This document shows, one piece after another, positions 39,757-49,287 of a stretch of DNA of 60,049 nucleotides. Each line of letters opens with the position of its first letter. Position 1 is the stretch's first letter. Both the position numbers and the translations under genes were made by a program. Location: positions 6,729-66,777 of the forward strand of contig CAZGCK010000004.1 in the NCBI GenBank assembly GCA_964524175.1, read 5' to 3'. The notes under the pieces are model-generated. The model ran no database searches, was not told the origin of the DNA, and worked only from the letters and a program-made list of their open reading frames with translations. Origin of the DNA: an uncultured Bacteriovoracaceae bacterium. Lineage in GTDB: Bacteria; Bdellovibrionota; UBA1018.

Positions 39757-41019
39757 ATGAGCGAAGCACGCTCAACCCGCTCCCATGCCTTGAGAAACTT
39801 CTCCACCATGAGGCTTCGCGGCTCAGGGACTGGCATTTTCATCAATTCGAGCGACTTCCAAAGCTCAGGAACTTGCCCGATATTCCACAGGCCTTCCATA
39901 TCGAGTCCTGCGCCCACTGGGCAAGTTGGCCGTAGGTGGGGGATGCCTCCGTTATAGTCTGATCCCATGGACACCGAGTCTGCTCCCAGCGCCGCCACGG
40001 CCTCTCGGTACTGAACCGCCAAAGCGCGTACGCCTCCGCGACAGGTGTTCGGGTCGCCGCAATGAGGCCCGCAAAGATCGGTCGGTGTCCCCTCAGTCAT
40101 CTCCTCGCTCGGCATCAGTCCGATGATTCCTCCAGTGCGTTTGACCATCTCTAGTTGCTCGCTCGAAATCCCTCGCTCGGCACCCAGATACTTGCGAAGC
40201 GCCGTGTGTGTGTAGAGCGCTGGCAGTTTGGCCTCATCCAACAACTCAACTACAGCGCGCGTACTCTGATCCGAAGCATGGGACAAATCTATCCAGACCC
40301 CGCGCTTGATCAGAGCTCGGGTTTGCTCGCGCCCGCGCTCGCTCAGTCCATTGCGATTGACCCGGACTCCCTCCTCTGTGTGCAGAGGATGCAAGAGCTG
40401 AGTCAACCACGCCCAGGGGGTTGCAAGCCCGCGGATTCCTCGCAAGAAAGCTACGCCACCATACTGGTCGTCCGTCAAATGCAGAAGCGTGACAACTCGC
40501 ACTCCCTTCTGATCCACAAATTCTTTGAGGTCCTCTTCAGTGTCGAGGATTCCGTCATTTCCTTCGAGCGCAAGAACCAGGACTTGTTTGCCACTCACGA
40601 GCGCAGCACGCGCTTGCGCCGAGGTTCGGGCTATAATCCACTGCGGATGCGAGGCCACAAAACTCTGCCTGGGAGATCTGTCGACGAATCGATTCGCGCA
40701 TCGACCTAGTAAAAAGCGGATGCGCATAGAGCGTCGCCAAGACAATGCCGATTTGGGAGCGATTCAGGGTCTCAGGATTTGCCTGCGTGCTAAATCGCGC
40801 TGTCCAGTCCTTGGCTTGAAGGGGTCCGTCGAAATCGCCACGAAACGCCCAGGTCATGCCTTCATTCATGAAAAGGTGCGCATGCATTTCGAGCGTCTTC
40901 TCTGGCGGGATCATGGGTGCGGGGGTTGCGTTCGCCCACGGTTGCAAAGCAGATCCTATGATTAAGAGCCAAGTTTTAAAATGATTGTGGCGATTGGTTT
41001 GCATTCGTTTCAGCATCAC
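39750..41019 (-). pseudogene. membrane dipeptidase (peptidase M19)-like amidohydrolase, frameshifted
   Basis: ORF 40555..41019 carries the signal peptide, EMHAHLF and ...RRQISQAEF. ORF 39750..40745 continues with VASHPQWIIARTSAQA...LALEG...VTLLHLTDD...WIDLSHASD...LYTHTA...GGIIGL. The two join if one T is removed from the coding-strand TTTT run (plus-strand AAAA at 40659-40662). Confidence 0.65.
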
Positions 41020-41084
41020 CCAAATTCTATTGCCAATTCATATCGTCAGGATAGTTTAAATCCACATTTAATGTGGGGTGTCTT

Positions 41085-42290
41085 ATGCAGCTCTGTCGGC
41101 TTTTCTTATTGGCGCTCTTGTTTTCTGTGCTTCTATCCACTCGTTTCGCTTCACAGGCTCTCGCTTTTCCGGAGATGGTGCGGCATCGGTACACCAACTG
41201 CGTCGCATGCCATGTGAGTCCAAACGGGGGAGGCATCCTCACCGCTTATGGTCGTCAAACAGCTAAGGCCGCTCTTAGTACCGGAAAGTTTTTTTTCGAA
41301 CCTTCCCGGAAGGCGGAACCCCAATCCTCCCTGGACGATGACCGAGATCCTGAAACCGAGTTTCTTTATGGGGCCGTGGCACAACCCGAATGGCTCAATC
41401 TAGGCGGAGATGTGAGGTTTTTAGAGCTTTATCAAAACACGCCTACGTTCACGCAAGCGAGCTTCATCACCATGCAAGTCGATCTCGAGGCGGCGGTCAC
41501 GTTGGGTAAGTTCACTTTTGTCGGCACCTTCGGACGAGATAGCCCACTCGACAAGGGTGTGCCCAATCCCACGTTTTCGGACTATTTGACCAGCCGCAGG
41601 CATTACGCGATCTATCAGCTCACCGATGAGATCCACGTCATGGCCGGCAAGTTTCAGCATCCGTATGGCATTATCCATCCCTATCACTTCACGGTGACCA
41701 AGCAGGGGCTGGGTTGGAATTTTGGTTCCGAGTCTTACAATCTTCAAGTGGGTTACGTGGGCGAAACCTACAACTTGACCGCCTATGGCGACGCAGGTCG
41801 GTTCGACTCACCTAAATACTATACGTTTGGAGCTCAAGTCGAAAAGGGCGGGGGGCTCAATCTCGCGCGAATATTTGGCGACAGTCATAAAGTGGGGGTC
41901 AGCTATTTTTACGGAAGCACGGATTTGGCTAATCGGCAGGTGTTTGGACCTTGGGCGATCTTAGGGTTCACTGAGCATTTTTATCTTAGAACCGAGCACG
42001 ATTTTGCCAGGACTTCTGCAAAAAATTTAGCCACCGATAGCTGGAGTTATCAAACGACCAATCGACTGGGCTACGAATTCTTTCAAGGCGTGCACGCTTA
42101 TATCGACCAGGAGTTTCAACGTAAGGATCTCGACCTTCCCTTTTCACAGACAGATGCTTATGGAGTCGGCTTTCTCTACTACCCGCGCGTGCACTGGGAG
42201 TTTGAAGTCTCTTACCAGAAGCGGCGGGTGGGAGGCAGTGCGGCCTCTTTCCAAGACTACGCGTATTTGTATCTGCACTTTTACCCGTAA
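41085..42290 (+). CDS. predicted outer-membrane beta-barrel protein with a single N-terminal CxxCH motif
   Basis: Signal peptide (LLALLFSVLLSTRFASQALA/FP), then RHRYTNCVACHVSPNGGGILTAYGR, with CVACH at 41199-41213. The rest is rich in Y/F/G alternating segments and ends YAYLYLHFYP. No family name recalled. Confidence 0.45.
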   Translation: MQLCRLFLLALLFSVLLSTRFASQALAFPEMVRHRYTNCVACHVSPNGGGILTAYGRQTAKAALSTGKFFFEPSRKAEPQSSLDDDRDPETEFLYGAVAQPEWLNLGGDVRFLELYQNTPTFTQASFITMQVDLEAAVTLGKFTFVGTFGRDSPLDKGVPNPTFSDYLTSRRHYAIYQLTDEIHVMAGKFQHPYGIIHPYHFTVTKQGLGWNFGSESYNLQVGYVGETYNLTAYGDAGRFDSPKYYTFGAQVEKGGGLNLARIFGDSHKVGVSYFYGSTDLANRQVFGPWAILGFTEHFYLRTEHDFARTSAKNLATDSWSYQTTNRLGYEFFQGVHAYIDQEFQRKDLDLPFSQTDAYGVGFLYYPRVHWEFEVSYQKRRVGGSAASFQDYAYLYLHFYP

Positions 42291-42997
42291 ACAGGGCCAA
42301 GCGGGCGCTTGCCGATGCGCTTGAGCGTCTGAGTTCTAAATCGCAGCCAAGGGACATGTGCGGCAGCTTTAGCTTGCAGGACGAACTCTTGAGCGATCGA
42401 AAGCGTATTCACCCATTCTTCGGCTCTGCGCGTGGCTTCGTCTACAAGCTTCTGTCCAAAATCACCGTCCGCGATGCGAGCATCTAGCTCAAGTCCGCTT
42501 TCCACGAACTCTCGATAAGTCGGATAGGCCCAAAGATGAAACTCTAGAACCGAAGGCAACTTGAATTCATGAACAGCGCTTTCAAGCTCGGTATAGGGCG
42601 AGGAATAGCCCTTTGCCGAAGGTGCTTCGAACCACGAAGGCTCGAACAAAGGGGACTTTGTAGGGCGCTCTTCTCCGCGGTTCGAAAGGGCAGTTTTCTT
42701 GGTCGCTTCAGCATCTGCGCGCTCTCCTGCCTCCTCTAGCATGTGCAGCAAGATGTCGTCGCCAAAGAGCGCTGCAAGACGGTGCAGCGTCTGGGCTTGG
42801 GCTTCGAGAAGATGGATCAAAAATTCGACGAGTCTCACAGTATGACTATGAGGTTTACCCCAGTTTGGGCGAAAAAAGCAGCCTCCATTGAGGGGCCTGG
42901 GGGACATGGATCGGCGTACCAGCCCAAGAGCTAGGGTTAATGGAGATTTCAGAAGGATGCTTGAACTTGCCGTTGAGCACAATAAACCATCGCCCAC
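42281..42997 (-). CDS. hypothetical protein (possibly the C-terminal half of a frameshifted gene)
   Basis: 238-aa ORF that overlaps the upstream 238-aa ORF by 143 nt in another frame. The overlap contains A6, G4 and G5 homopolymer runs (plus strand, 42872-42903). No family recognised. Confidence 0.35.
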   Translation of the reverse strand: MGDGLLCSTASSSILLKSPLTLALGLVRRSMSPRPLNGGCFFRPNWGKPHSHTVRLVEFLIHLLEAQAQTLHRLAALFGDDILLHMLEEAGERADAEATKKTALSNRGEERPTKSPLFEPSWFEAPSAKGYSSPYTELESAVHEFKLPSVLEFHLWAYPTYREFVESGLELDARIADGDFGQKLVDEATRRAEEWVNTLSIAQEFVLQAKAAAHVPWLRFRTQTLKRIGKRPLGPVYG

Positions 42998-43571
42998 GCC
43001 ATTGGCTCATTTCGCGCGAGTCACGCGGGGCTTCAAAAGTCGCGCTTTCTGTAAAAAGAACAATTCCCGTAGGCCAAAGCGCTTCGATCAACTTACGATT
43101 CCACTCTTCGATGAGAGATATCTCAACCCAAGCTTCTAATGTCCAAAAGCGCCAGCCCAGCGACACCGCTTCGGCTGCAAGGGATGATTCCCAAATGCGG
43201 TCGTAGCGATCGAGTTTTTCTTTCTCAATTGCCGAGTAAATGGCCTCCGGCAAGAGCCGAGTCCTTTTGCGCGCAGTAGGGGGGGCGCCACGAATCAAGT
43301 CCGTGAGCTCTCCCTCCAGGCGAGATTGTCCTCTCAGCTGCTCGATCTGGTTCTCCCAGGTTTTGAGTGTATGAAGCTGGTCTCGCTTGCCCAAGGCTAG
43401 ACACTTTGATTTTTGGGCATGAAGGGCGCGAACCAGGTCGCGTAAAAGAGTAAGTCTAAGCAGTGTTTCTTCAGGCGTCCCTTGGCAGTGTTTCCACCGT
43501 TCTTTGTGGCTGTCGACCAGATCGCTAAACTCAGACGAAAACGAAGGGGCGCACTGAGCTGTAGATGTCAC
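42855..43571 (-). CDS. hypothetical protein (possibly the N-terminal half of a frameshifted gene)
   Basis: 238-aa ORF. Its GTG start overlaps the upstream stop (GTGA at 43568-43571). No family recognised. Confidence 0.35.
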   Translation of the reverse strand: MTSTAQCAPSFSSEFSDLVDSHKERWKHCQGTPEETLLRLTLLRDLVRALHAQKSKCLALGKRDQLHTLKTWENQIEQLRGQSRLEGELTDLIRGAPPTARKRTRLLPEAIYSAIEKEKLDRYDRIWESSLAAEAVSLGWRFWTLEAWVEISLIEEWNRKLIEALWPTGIVLFTESATFEAPRDSREMSQWRGRWFIVLNGKFKHPSEISINPSSWAGTPIHVPQAPQWRLLFSPKLG

Positions 43572-44140
43572 GGTTTCTTGATCCGAGCGTCTGGCGCTCT
43601 AAATACACGCGTGGTCCCTGCTGGAGACGCCGAACGCGCTGAAACGGGTTTGGGAACTGCGTTGATCTGAGAAAGGTCTTGCGGTCTGAAGCCAGCAGTT
43701 GGAGGGCTTTGGTCGCCGGTTTTGGCTTTCCAGTGATACTCGAGCAAGGCTTGGATCACGGTCGTATCGGTGAGTGCAGGGCGATAAGCTTCTTGGCGGC
43801 TCGAATAATGGGGTGGGGGCGCAGGCTTGGGGGACTCAGAAGGCTGCGTCGCCGCCTGAGCTTGAGCATGAGACGGAGCTGAAACCGCAACGGCTTCTGC
43901 CCCCTGTGTTTTTACAGGCAGGCTCGCGTCGGCCCATGCTCCCAGTTTAGCTAACTGTTTCATCCCTTCTTGCATCGCTAGGCGATTCACTGGCCAACGC
44001 GTTTCAAAAATCTTCGAAGGTGAGAGTAATAGTATCGCGTTTTGCGTGGCCTCGAGCCCCTCAGTTGACATAGCAGGCGTGGCCGGCTTCTGATCGGCAG
44101 ACTTGCTTGTAAAAATCTTGGGCTTTAGTTGAGGAGGCAC
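43568..44140 (-). CDS. hypothetical Pro/Ala/Ser/Gln-rich protein
   Basis: 190 aa. The GTG at 44140 is preceded by AAGGAAGGAGA. It overlaps the upstream gene by 16 nt. The middle and C-terminal parts are low-complexity. Confidence 0.35.
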   Translation of the reverse strand: MPPQLKPKIFTSKSADQKPATPAMSTEGLEATQNAILLLSPSKIFETRWPVNRLAMQEGMKQLAKLGAWADASLPVKTQGAEAVAVSAPSHAQAQAATQPSESPKPAPPPHYSSRQEAYRPALTDTTVIQALLEYHWKAKTGDQSPPTAGFRPQDLSQINAVPKPVSARSASPAGTTRVFRAPDARIKKP

Positions 44141-44550
44141 ACTTCTCCTTCCTTAAAGTTCTTCTTGATCCAGTCGCGCACTTCTTTCTCGGAGCTTCCC
44201 CAGTCTTTGCGAGAGAGTCCAAGTTTTGCGATGCCGAGAGAGCGAATGTTTTTTTGTATCGTTTGGGTGGCCTCACGAACAAGTCCGTCGCTGATTCCGC
44301 CGCCAACACCCATCAGAAGCAAGTGAAGCGTTTTTCCATGGTGTGCGACCGGGACATATACGCACTCGCCGGAAGTGCCGGTGAGAAATCCCTTCTTGAT
44401 CGCGCGGCTCAACACACCCTGAAGATGCCAGTCGAGCGTACCTGCGAGCCCCTGAAGGGGGCGCTCGTCCAAACGCACCGTTGCAACGAGGCCTTGCACA
44501 CGGCCTTCAAAAAGTTCAGAAGTAGGATCAGCGTCCCGTTGAGGTTCCAT
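44125..44550 (-). CDS. stand-alone peptidase-M17 N-terminal-like domain protein
   Basis: DERPLQGLAGTLDWHLQGVLSRAIKKGFLTGTSGECVYVP...LHLLLMGVG resembles the leucyl-aminopeptidase N-terminal domain pattern. The start is uncertain: ATG at 44550 or GTG at 44604. Confidence 0.45.
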   Translation of the reverse strand: MEPQRDADPTSELFEGRVQGLVATVRLDERPLQGLAGTLDWHLQGVLSRAIKKGFLTGTSGECVYVPVAHHGKTLHLLLMGVGGGISDGLVREATQTIQKNIRSLGIAKLGLSRKDWGSSEKEVRDWIKKNFKEGEVCLLN

Positions 44551-44626
44551 GCCTAGAGCTAGTTTAGCTGGGACCCTGGGTTTCCGGCAAGCGCCGGTGG
44601 ACACTAGGCAGCGATTGCCGGTTGCA

Positions 44627-45100
44627 TCACGATTTCAGCACGACATCTTTGACGGCATCCAGCACGCCATTGATAAAAGCTGGGCTTTCGGCAGTCCCGA
44701 ACTCCTTGGCCAATTCAATTGCCTCGTCAATAACGACAGCGGGTGGCGTATCGGGAAAGTTTTTCAGCTCGTGTACGGCCATTCTCAGTAGGTTCCGGTC
44801 GACAATCCCCATGCGACTCACCTTCCAGTTCGAAGCGTGAGTTTCAAGTAGGGCGTCAAGTGTAGCCAACTCCCTAAGGGTGCCGGCCACCAACTCTGCG
44901 GCGAATCCCCGAAGCTCTTCAGGGGTTTGAAAGTGATCAAAGTGACCGTTCAGATCTTCAATGACCGCTTGGGCGTCTTTAAAGTTTGCAAGGTTCGCAG
45001 AACCAGGATCTCCTGATTGGTGCGCTAAATCGTGGCGGTAGAGAATTTGGAGCGCGACTTCGCGCGCCTGATGCCGAGAGGGTCTTGGATGACTACTCAT
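44627..45100 (-). CDS. nusB: transcription antitermination factor NusB
   Basis: RHQAREVALQILY and the downstream helical pattern (AVVIDEAIELAKEFG) are present. 157 aa. Confidence 0.88.
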   Translation of the reverse strand: MSSHPRPSRHQAREVALQILYRHDLAHQSGDPGSANLANFKDAQAVIEDLNGHFDHFQTPEELRGFAAELVAGTLRELATLDALLETHASNWKVSRMGIVDRNLLRMAVHELKNFPDTPPAVVIDEAIELAKEFGTAESPAFINGVLDAVKDVVLKS

Positions 45101-45606
45101 GATGCGGGTCCTTCCTTAGGCGCGAACGAAAACGTTGGGCTATTGGGATCCTCATCATCGGGTTGAGGGATCTGAAGCTCGGCTACGAACTCCTCGACGT
45201 CTCTGAACTCGCGGTAGACAGAGGAGAATCGCACATAGGCCACTTTGTCCAGCTTATGAAGCTCGAGCATCACCATGTGGCCGATGGTTTTGGTAGGCAC
45301 TTCTTTGAGGCCGTAACTCTGAATTTTGCGTTCGATTCCTGTTACGAGCTCTTCAATTTTTTGCATCGGGACCGAACGCTTTTCGCATGCCTTCTGAACG
45401 CCTCCGACGACCTTTGCGCGATCGTAGGGCTCGCGGCGGCCGTCTTTTTTGATGACCGCCGGCATGATCTCTTCAACCCGCTCGTAGGTAGTGAAGCGGC
45501 CTTCGCAATGCGGGCACTCGCGTCGACGGCGAATCATATCGCCAAGCTGATTCATTCTCGAATCAACGACTTTGGTGTCTTGCGTGGAGCAAAATGGGCA
45601 TCGCAT
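45097..45606 (-). CDS. nrdR: transcriptional repressor NrdR
   Basis: MRCPFC...CPHCEGRFTTYE zinc ribbon plus an ATP-cone. Overlaps nusB by 4 nt. Confidence 0.93.
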   Translation of the reverse strand: MRCPFCSTQDTKVVDSRMNQLGDMIRRRRECPHCEGRFTTYERVEEIMPAVIKKDGRREPYDRAKVVGGVQKACEKRSVPMQKIEELVTGIERKIQSYGLKEVPTKTIGHMVMLELHKLDKVAYVRFSSVYREFRDVEEFVAELQIPQPDDEDPNSPTFSFAPKEGPAS

Positions 45607-45674
45607 TGAACGGTACCTTGTATCGGAGGCTTTCGTGGTGTGTCAACCGTTTGTGCGTCAGGCTTAGTTTTGGC

Positions 45675-46973
45675 TCAATGGTAGAGCGTAAATTTCTTGC
45701 AAAGCTCCCTGACGGCTCCACGTATTTTCTGAATCTTAGCTGCGTCACCCTTTGCTTCGATCACATCCGCGATCCAGTAACCAATTTGCTTCATTTCGGA
45801 CGACCCCATACCCCGAGTTGTAATCGCGGGCACTCCGATGCGGATGCCGCTCGTTACAAACGGACTCCTTTTCTCGTTTGGAATCGTGTTCTTGTTGACC
45901 GTAATGCCCGCTTGGTCAAGCCAGCCCTCTGCGTCTTTACCAGAAACGCTGCCATCGCCCGTTGCAGGCAAATCGACCAGCATCAGATGGTTATCCGTGC
46001 CTCCGGTGACGAGGTTTACTCCCCGGCTCATCAGCGTCTCAGCCAAGGTTTTTGCGTTCGCGATGACTTGCTTCTGGTAGTCGACGAACGAAGGCGAAAG
46101 GGCCTCACCAAAGGCGACTGCCTTGGCAGCAATCACGTGCATGAGCGGTCCGCCCTGAATGCCTGGAAAGATCAAGGAGTTCACTGCCTTGATACGGTCT
46201 GCGCTAGGAGTTAGGCCTTGAGATGATCCGCCACACAGGATCAGACCCCCACGGGGTCCGCGTAGCGTCTTATGGGTGGTCGAAGTCGTGTAGGTCGCAT
46301 GCTCAATAGGCGATGGGTGCAGGCCCGCAGCCACGAGGCCCGCGATATGAGCCATGTCGACGATGAACTGAGCGCCTGCTTCTCGCGCGATCTTGCCCAT
46401 GGTTTCGAAATCGATGAGGCGAGGGTAGGCGCTCGCTCCCGCCACTAGGAGCTTAGGGCACTCTTTTTTTACAATGTCGCGGATCTGGTCGTAGTCCAAT
46501 CGATGAGTGTCTGCATGCAATCCGTAGCTTGCGACTTTAAAAAGCTTGCCACTGAAGTTCACTGGGCTGCCATGGGTAAGGTGGCCACCGTGCGAGAGGC
46601 TCATGCCGACGAGCGTATCGCCTGGTTGCATGAGGGCTAAGTAGGCGGCCATATTAGCCTGCGAGCCCGAGTGGGGCTGCACGTTTGCGGCCTCTGCCTT
46701 GAAAAGCTTGCAAATGCGCTCGATCGCTGCGGCTTCGACTTGGTCGACGTATTCGCAGCCGCCATAGTAGCGCTTGCCAGGGTAGCCTTCTGCGTATTTG
46801 TTGGTCAGGGTCGAGCCTTGCGCTTCGAGAACTGCTTTGCTTACGTAGTTTTCTGAGGCAATGAGCTCGAGGCCTTCTTCTTCGCGTAAGTTTTCTTTTT
46901 GAATGGAAGCGAAGACAGTGGGGTCTGCGGCTTTCAAATCGCGATGAAAGTCGGAATGCCAGGAGTGAGCCAT
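45675..46973 (-). CDS. glyA: serine hydroxymethyltransferase
   Basis: LIASENY..., [15 protein letters not shown] (PLP lysine). 432 aa. Confidence 0.95.
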   Translation of the reverse strand: MAHSWHSDFHRDLKAADPTVFASIQKENLREEEGLELIASENYVSKAVLEAQGSTLTNKYAEGYPGKRYYGGCEYVDQVEAAAIERICKLFKAEAANVQPHSGSQANMAAYLALMQPGDTLVGMSLSHGGHLTHGSPVNFSGKLFKVASYGLHADTHRLDYDQIRDIVKKECPKLLVAGASAYPRLIDFETMGKIAREAGAQFIVDMAHIAGLVAAGLHPSPIEHATYTTSTTHKTLRGPRGGLILCGGSSQGLTPSADRIKAVNSLIFPGIQGGPLMHVIAAKAVAFGEALSPSFVDYQKQVIANAKTLAETLMSRGVNLVTGGTDNHLMLVDLPATGDGSVSGKDAEGWLDQAGITVNKNTIPNEKRSPFVTSGIRIGVPAITTRGMGSSEMKQIGYWIADVIEAKGDAAKIQKIRGAVRELCKKFTLYH

Positions 46974-46976
46974 CGG

Positions 46977-47459
46977 TTATTTCCTCTTTGTGGGTGAATC
47001 GAGTGCAGTCATTTTATCGATACGCGCTTGGTGGCGAGCGCCCTCTCCTTGACTAGAGTAGGGGGTATCAATCCAAACTTGAACGATCTCAGCTCCATAC
47101 TCGGGCGCGAGAAAGCGTGAACCTAAGCAAAGCACGTTGGCGTCGTTGTGCTGTCTGGAGAGGCGTGCGGCCACTGGGTTCTCAACCAATGCGGCTCGAA
47201 TGCCGGCAACTTTGTTCGCCGCGATGCTCATGCCAATGCCGCTTCCACAGATCAGAACGCCTCGGGTTGCTTCTCCGGCAGCGACTTTCCTGGCCAACTT
47301 TTCTGCAAAGTCGGGATAGTCGACTCGTCCAGTATCTGGGGGGCCTAGGTCTTCCCACTTTAGGTCGGGCAGGGCCTTTTGAATAGCCGCTTTCAGGGCG
47401 AATCCCGCGTGGTCAGAAGCGATCAGGACTCGTTGAGAGGATAAACTGGATGAACCCAT
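46977..47459 (-). CDS. rpiB: ribose-5-phosphate isomerase B
   Basis: IASDHAGF..., ICGSGIGMSIAANK, NVLCLG. 160 aa. Confidence 0.9.
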   Translation of the reverse strand: MGSSSLSSQRVLIASDHAGFALKAAIQKALPDLKWEDLGPPDTGRVDYPDFAEKLARKVAAGEATRGVLICGSGIGMSIAANKVAGIRAALVENPVAARLSRQHNDANVLCLGSRFLAPEYGAEIVQVWIDTPYSSQGEGARHQARIDKMTALDSPTKRK

Positions 47460-47575
47460 CGAAGACCTCTTGAGTGGTTAGGTCCCTTCTATTTACTTTC
47501 GGCAGCGCTTAGATACAAGAGTGAAGCGCTCAAAAATTATGAGCGTCTGCGGCCTGCCGGCACAAATGGGCAAAG

Positions 47576-47649
47576 GAGTTCCAAAAACCGGAACTTAACA
47601 CCCCAGTCGATCGGAGCGCATCCCCCCTAAGTTCCGCTTTTTGGAACTC
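47576..47649. repeat. long inverted repeat (22-nt arms, 21 of 22 pairs, about 30-nt spacer); candidate intrinsic terminator of the fab operon
   Basis: GAGTTCCAAAAACCGGAACTTA (47576-47597) pairs with TAAGTTCCGCTTTTTGGAACTC (47628-47649). Each arm is also self-complementary (AGTTCC-7nt-GGAACT). It lies 16 nt downstream of the fabF stop on the minus strand and is followed there by CCTTTGCCCATTTG. Confidence 0.6.
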
Positions 47650-47664
47650 TTGGCCTTTCAATGC

Positions 47665-48996
47665 TCAAATCTTCCCAAACACCAAGCTAGCGTTTGTTCC
47701 GCCAAAGCCAAAGCTATTGGAGAGCGCGTAATCAAAGCGCTTTTCCACGGCAGTGTGAGCAGTAAAATTCAGTCCCAACTCAGCGCATCCGGGGTCGAGA
47801 TTCTCGAGGTTAATCGTCGGCGGAATCCGCCCTTCTCGAATTGCGAGAAGACTGAACATCGCTTCGATCGCGCCCGCAGCGCCCAGTAAGTGCCCTGTCA
47901 TCGACTTGGTCGAGCTGACATGAAGGTGCTGAGGACCTTCCGGGAAGATCTTCTTAATCGCCCGCGCCTCTTCTGTATCTCCTGCAGGAGTGGAGGTCCC
48001 GTGCGCATTGATGTAGCCGATTTGCTCAGGGTTTAGCTCCGAGTCGCGCATCGCAATCGCCATTGCGCGACGACCGCCTTCGCCTTCGGGTGCAGGCGAT
48101 GTCATATGGTAGGCGTCGCCCGAAAGTCCGTAGCCCTTGATCTCCCCGTAGATCCGCGCGCCGCGCTTGCGAGCAGCCTCTAGTTCTTCGAGTATCAGAA
48201 CGGCCGCGCCTTCTCCCATCACAAATCCGTCGCGGCCCACATCAAAGGGACGCGAGGCTTTTTGAGGGGCATCGTTTCGTGTAGAAAGCGCTCTCATTGC
48301 TGCAAATCCGGCGATCCCAAGTTTGCCGATAACTGCTTCTGCACCGCCGGCCACCATGATGTCAGCGTCGCCGCGTTGAATGTGTCTGTAAGATTCGCCC
48401 AAGCTATGAGCGCTCGAGGTGCAGGCAGTGACGTTGCAAAGATTGGGGCCCTGGAGATTCAGCAAAATACTGAGCTGACCAGACGCCATATTGGCAATGA
48501 CTTGCGGAATGAAGAACGGCGTGACTCGGCGATAGCCCTTGGCAAGGAAGTCGTTATGAACGGCCTCAATTTCAGGTAGGCCACCCATTCCTACGCCGAT
48601 ATTGATTCCCATGCGCTCAGGATTGAGTTTCGCGCGATGTGCATCGAGTCCTGAATCTGCGTAGGCCTCGAGGCCCGCAGCCAACGCGAAATGAACATAG
48701 CGCCCCACTCGGCGCGCGTCTTTGGAGTTGGCTGCAGTGGTGAGTGGATCACCAGGACCAGTAGCAGAAGCTGCTGGGTGAAAGGGGCCTAAGGGCTTGG
48801 TGACGTCAAAGCCGCGAACTTCAGCGGCGATGGTAACCGGGCAGTCTTTGGTATCAAACAGAGTGATGGTGTTTACGCCCGGCTTGCCCTCGAGAGTGTT
48901 CTTCCAGGTCTCCAGCGCGGTATTGCCCAAAGGGCTCACTGCGCCGATACCCGTTACAACTACTCTGCGCTTGGTTCCCGATGTCGTAAAAGCCAT
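47665..48996 (-). CDS. fabF: beta-ketoacyl-ACP synthase II
   Basis: Active-site NVTACTSSAHS, HGTSTPAGD and HLLGAAG. 443 aa. Confidence 0.93.
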   Translation of the reverse strand: MAFTTSGTKRRVVVTGIGAVSPLGNTALETWKNTLEGKPGVNTITLFDTKDCPVTIAAEVRGFDVTKPLGPFHPAASATGPGDPLTTAANSKDARRVGRYVHFALAAGLEAYADSGLDAHRAKLNPERMGINIGVGMGGLPEIEAVHNDFLAKGYRRVTPFFIPQVIANMASGQLSILLNLQGPNLCNVTACTSSAHSLGESYRHIQRGDADIMVAGGAEAVIGKLGIAGFAAMRALSTRNDAPQKASRPFDVGRDGFVMGEGAAVLILEELEAARKRGARIYGEIKGYGLSGDAYHMTSPAPEGEGGRRAMAIAMRDSELNPEQIGYINAHGTSTPAGDTEEARAIKKIFPEGPQHLHVSSTKSMTGHLLGAAGAIEAMFSLLAIREGRIPPTINLENLDPGCAELGLNFTAHTAVEKRFDYALSNSFGFGGTNASLVFGKI

Positions 48997-49013
48997 CCCT
49001 GTGTTGAAACCGA

Positions 49014-49256
49014 TTAGTGGTTAGCCTTAGAAGCGATGTACTTGATGACGTCGCCGACGGTCTTCATTTTCTCAGCGTCTTCATCTGGAATATCGAGATC
49101 AAATTCTTCTTCCATCGTCATCACGAGTTCGACGATATCCAAGCTGTCCGCGCCCAGGTCATCGATGAATGAAGCGGGCAAGGTGACTTTTTCTGGCTCT
49201 ACGGCGAGTTGGTCACAGATAATATTGCGGACTCTTTCTTCAACGGAAGCGGACAT
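49014..49256 (-). CDS. acpP: acyl carrier protein
   Basis: 80 aa. [14 protein letters not shown] phosphopantetheine site. Confidence 0.93.
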   Translation of the reverse strand: MSASVEERVRNIICDQLAVEPEKVTLPASFIDDLGADSLDIVELVMTMEEEFDLDIPDEDAEKMKTVGDVIKYIASKANH

Positions 49257-49287
49257 CGAATAGCTCTCCTAAGAATTGCATGATTAC

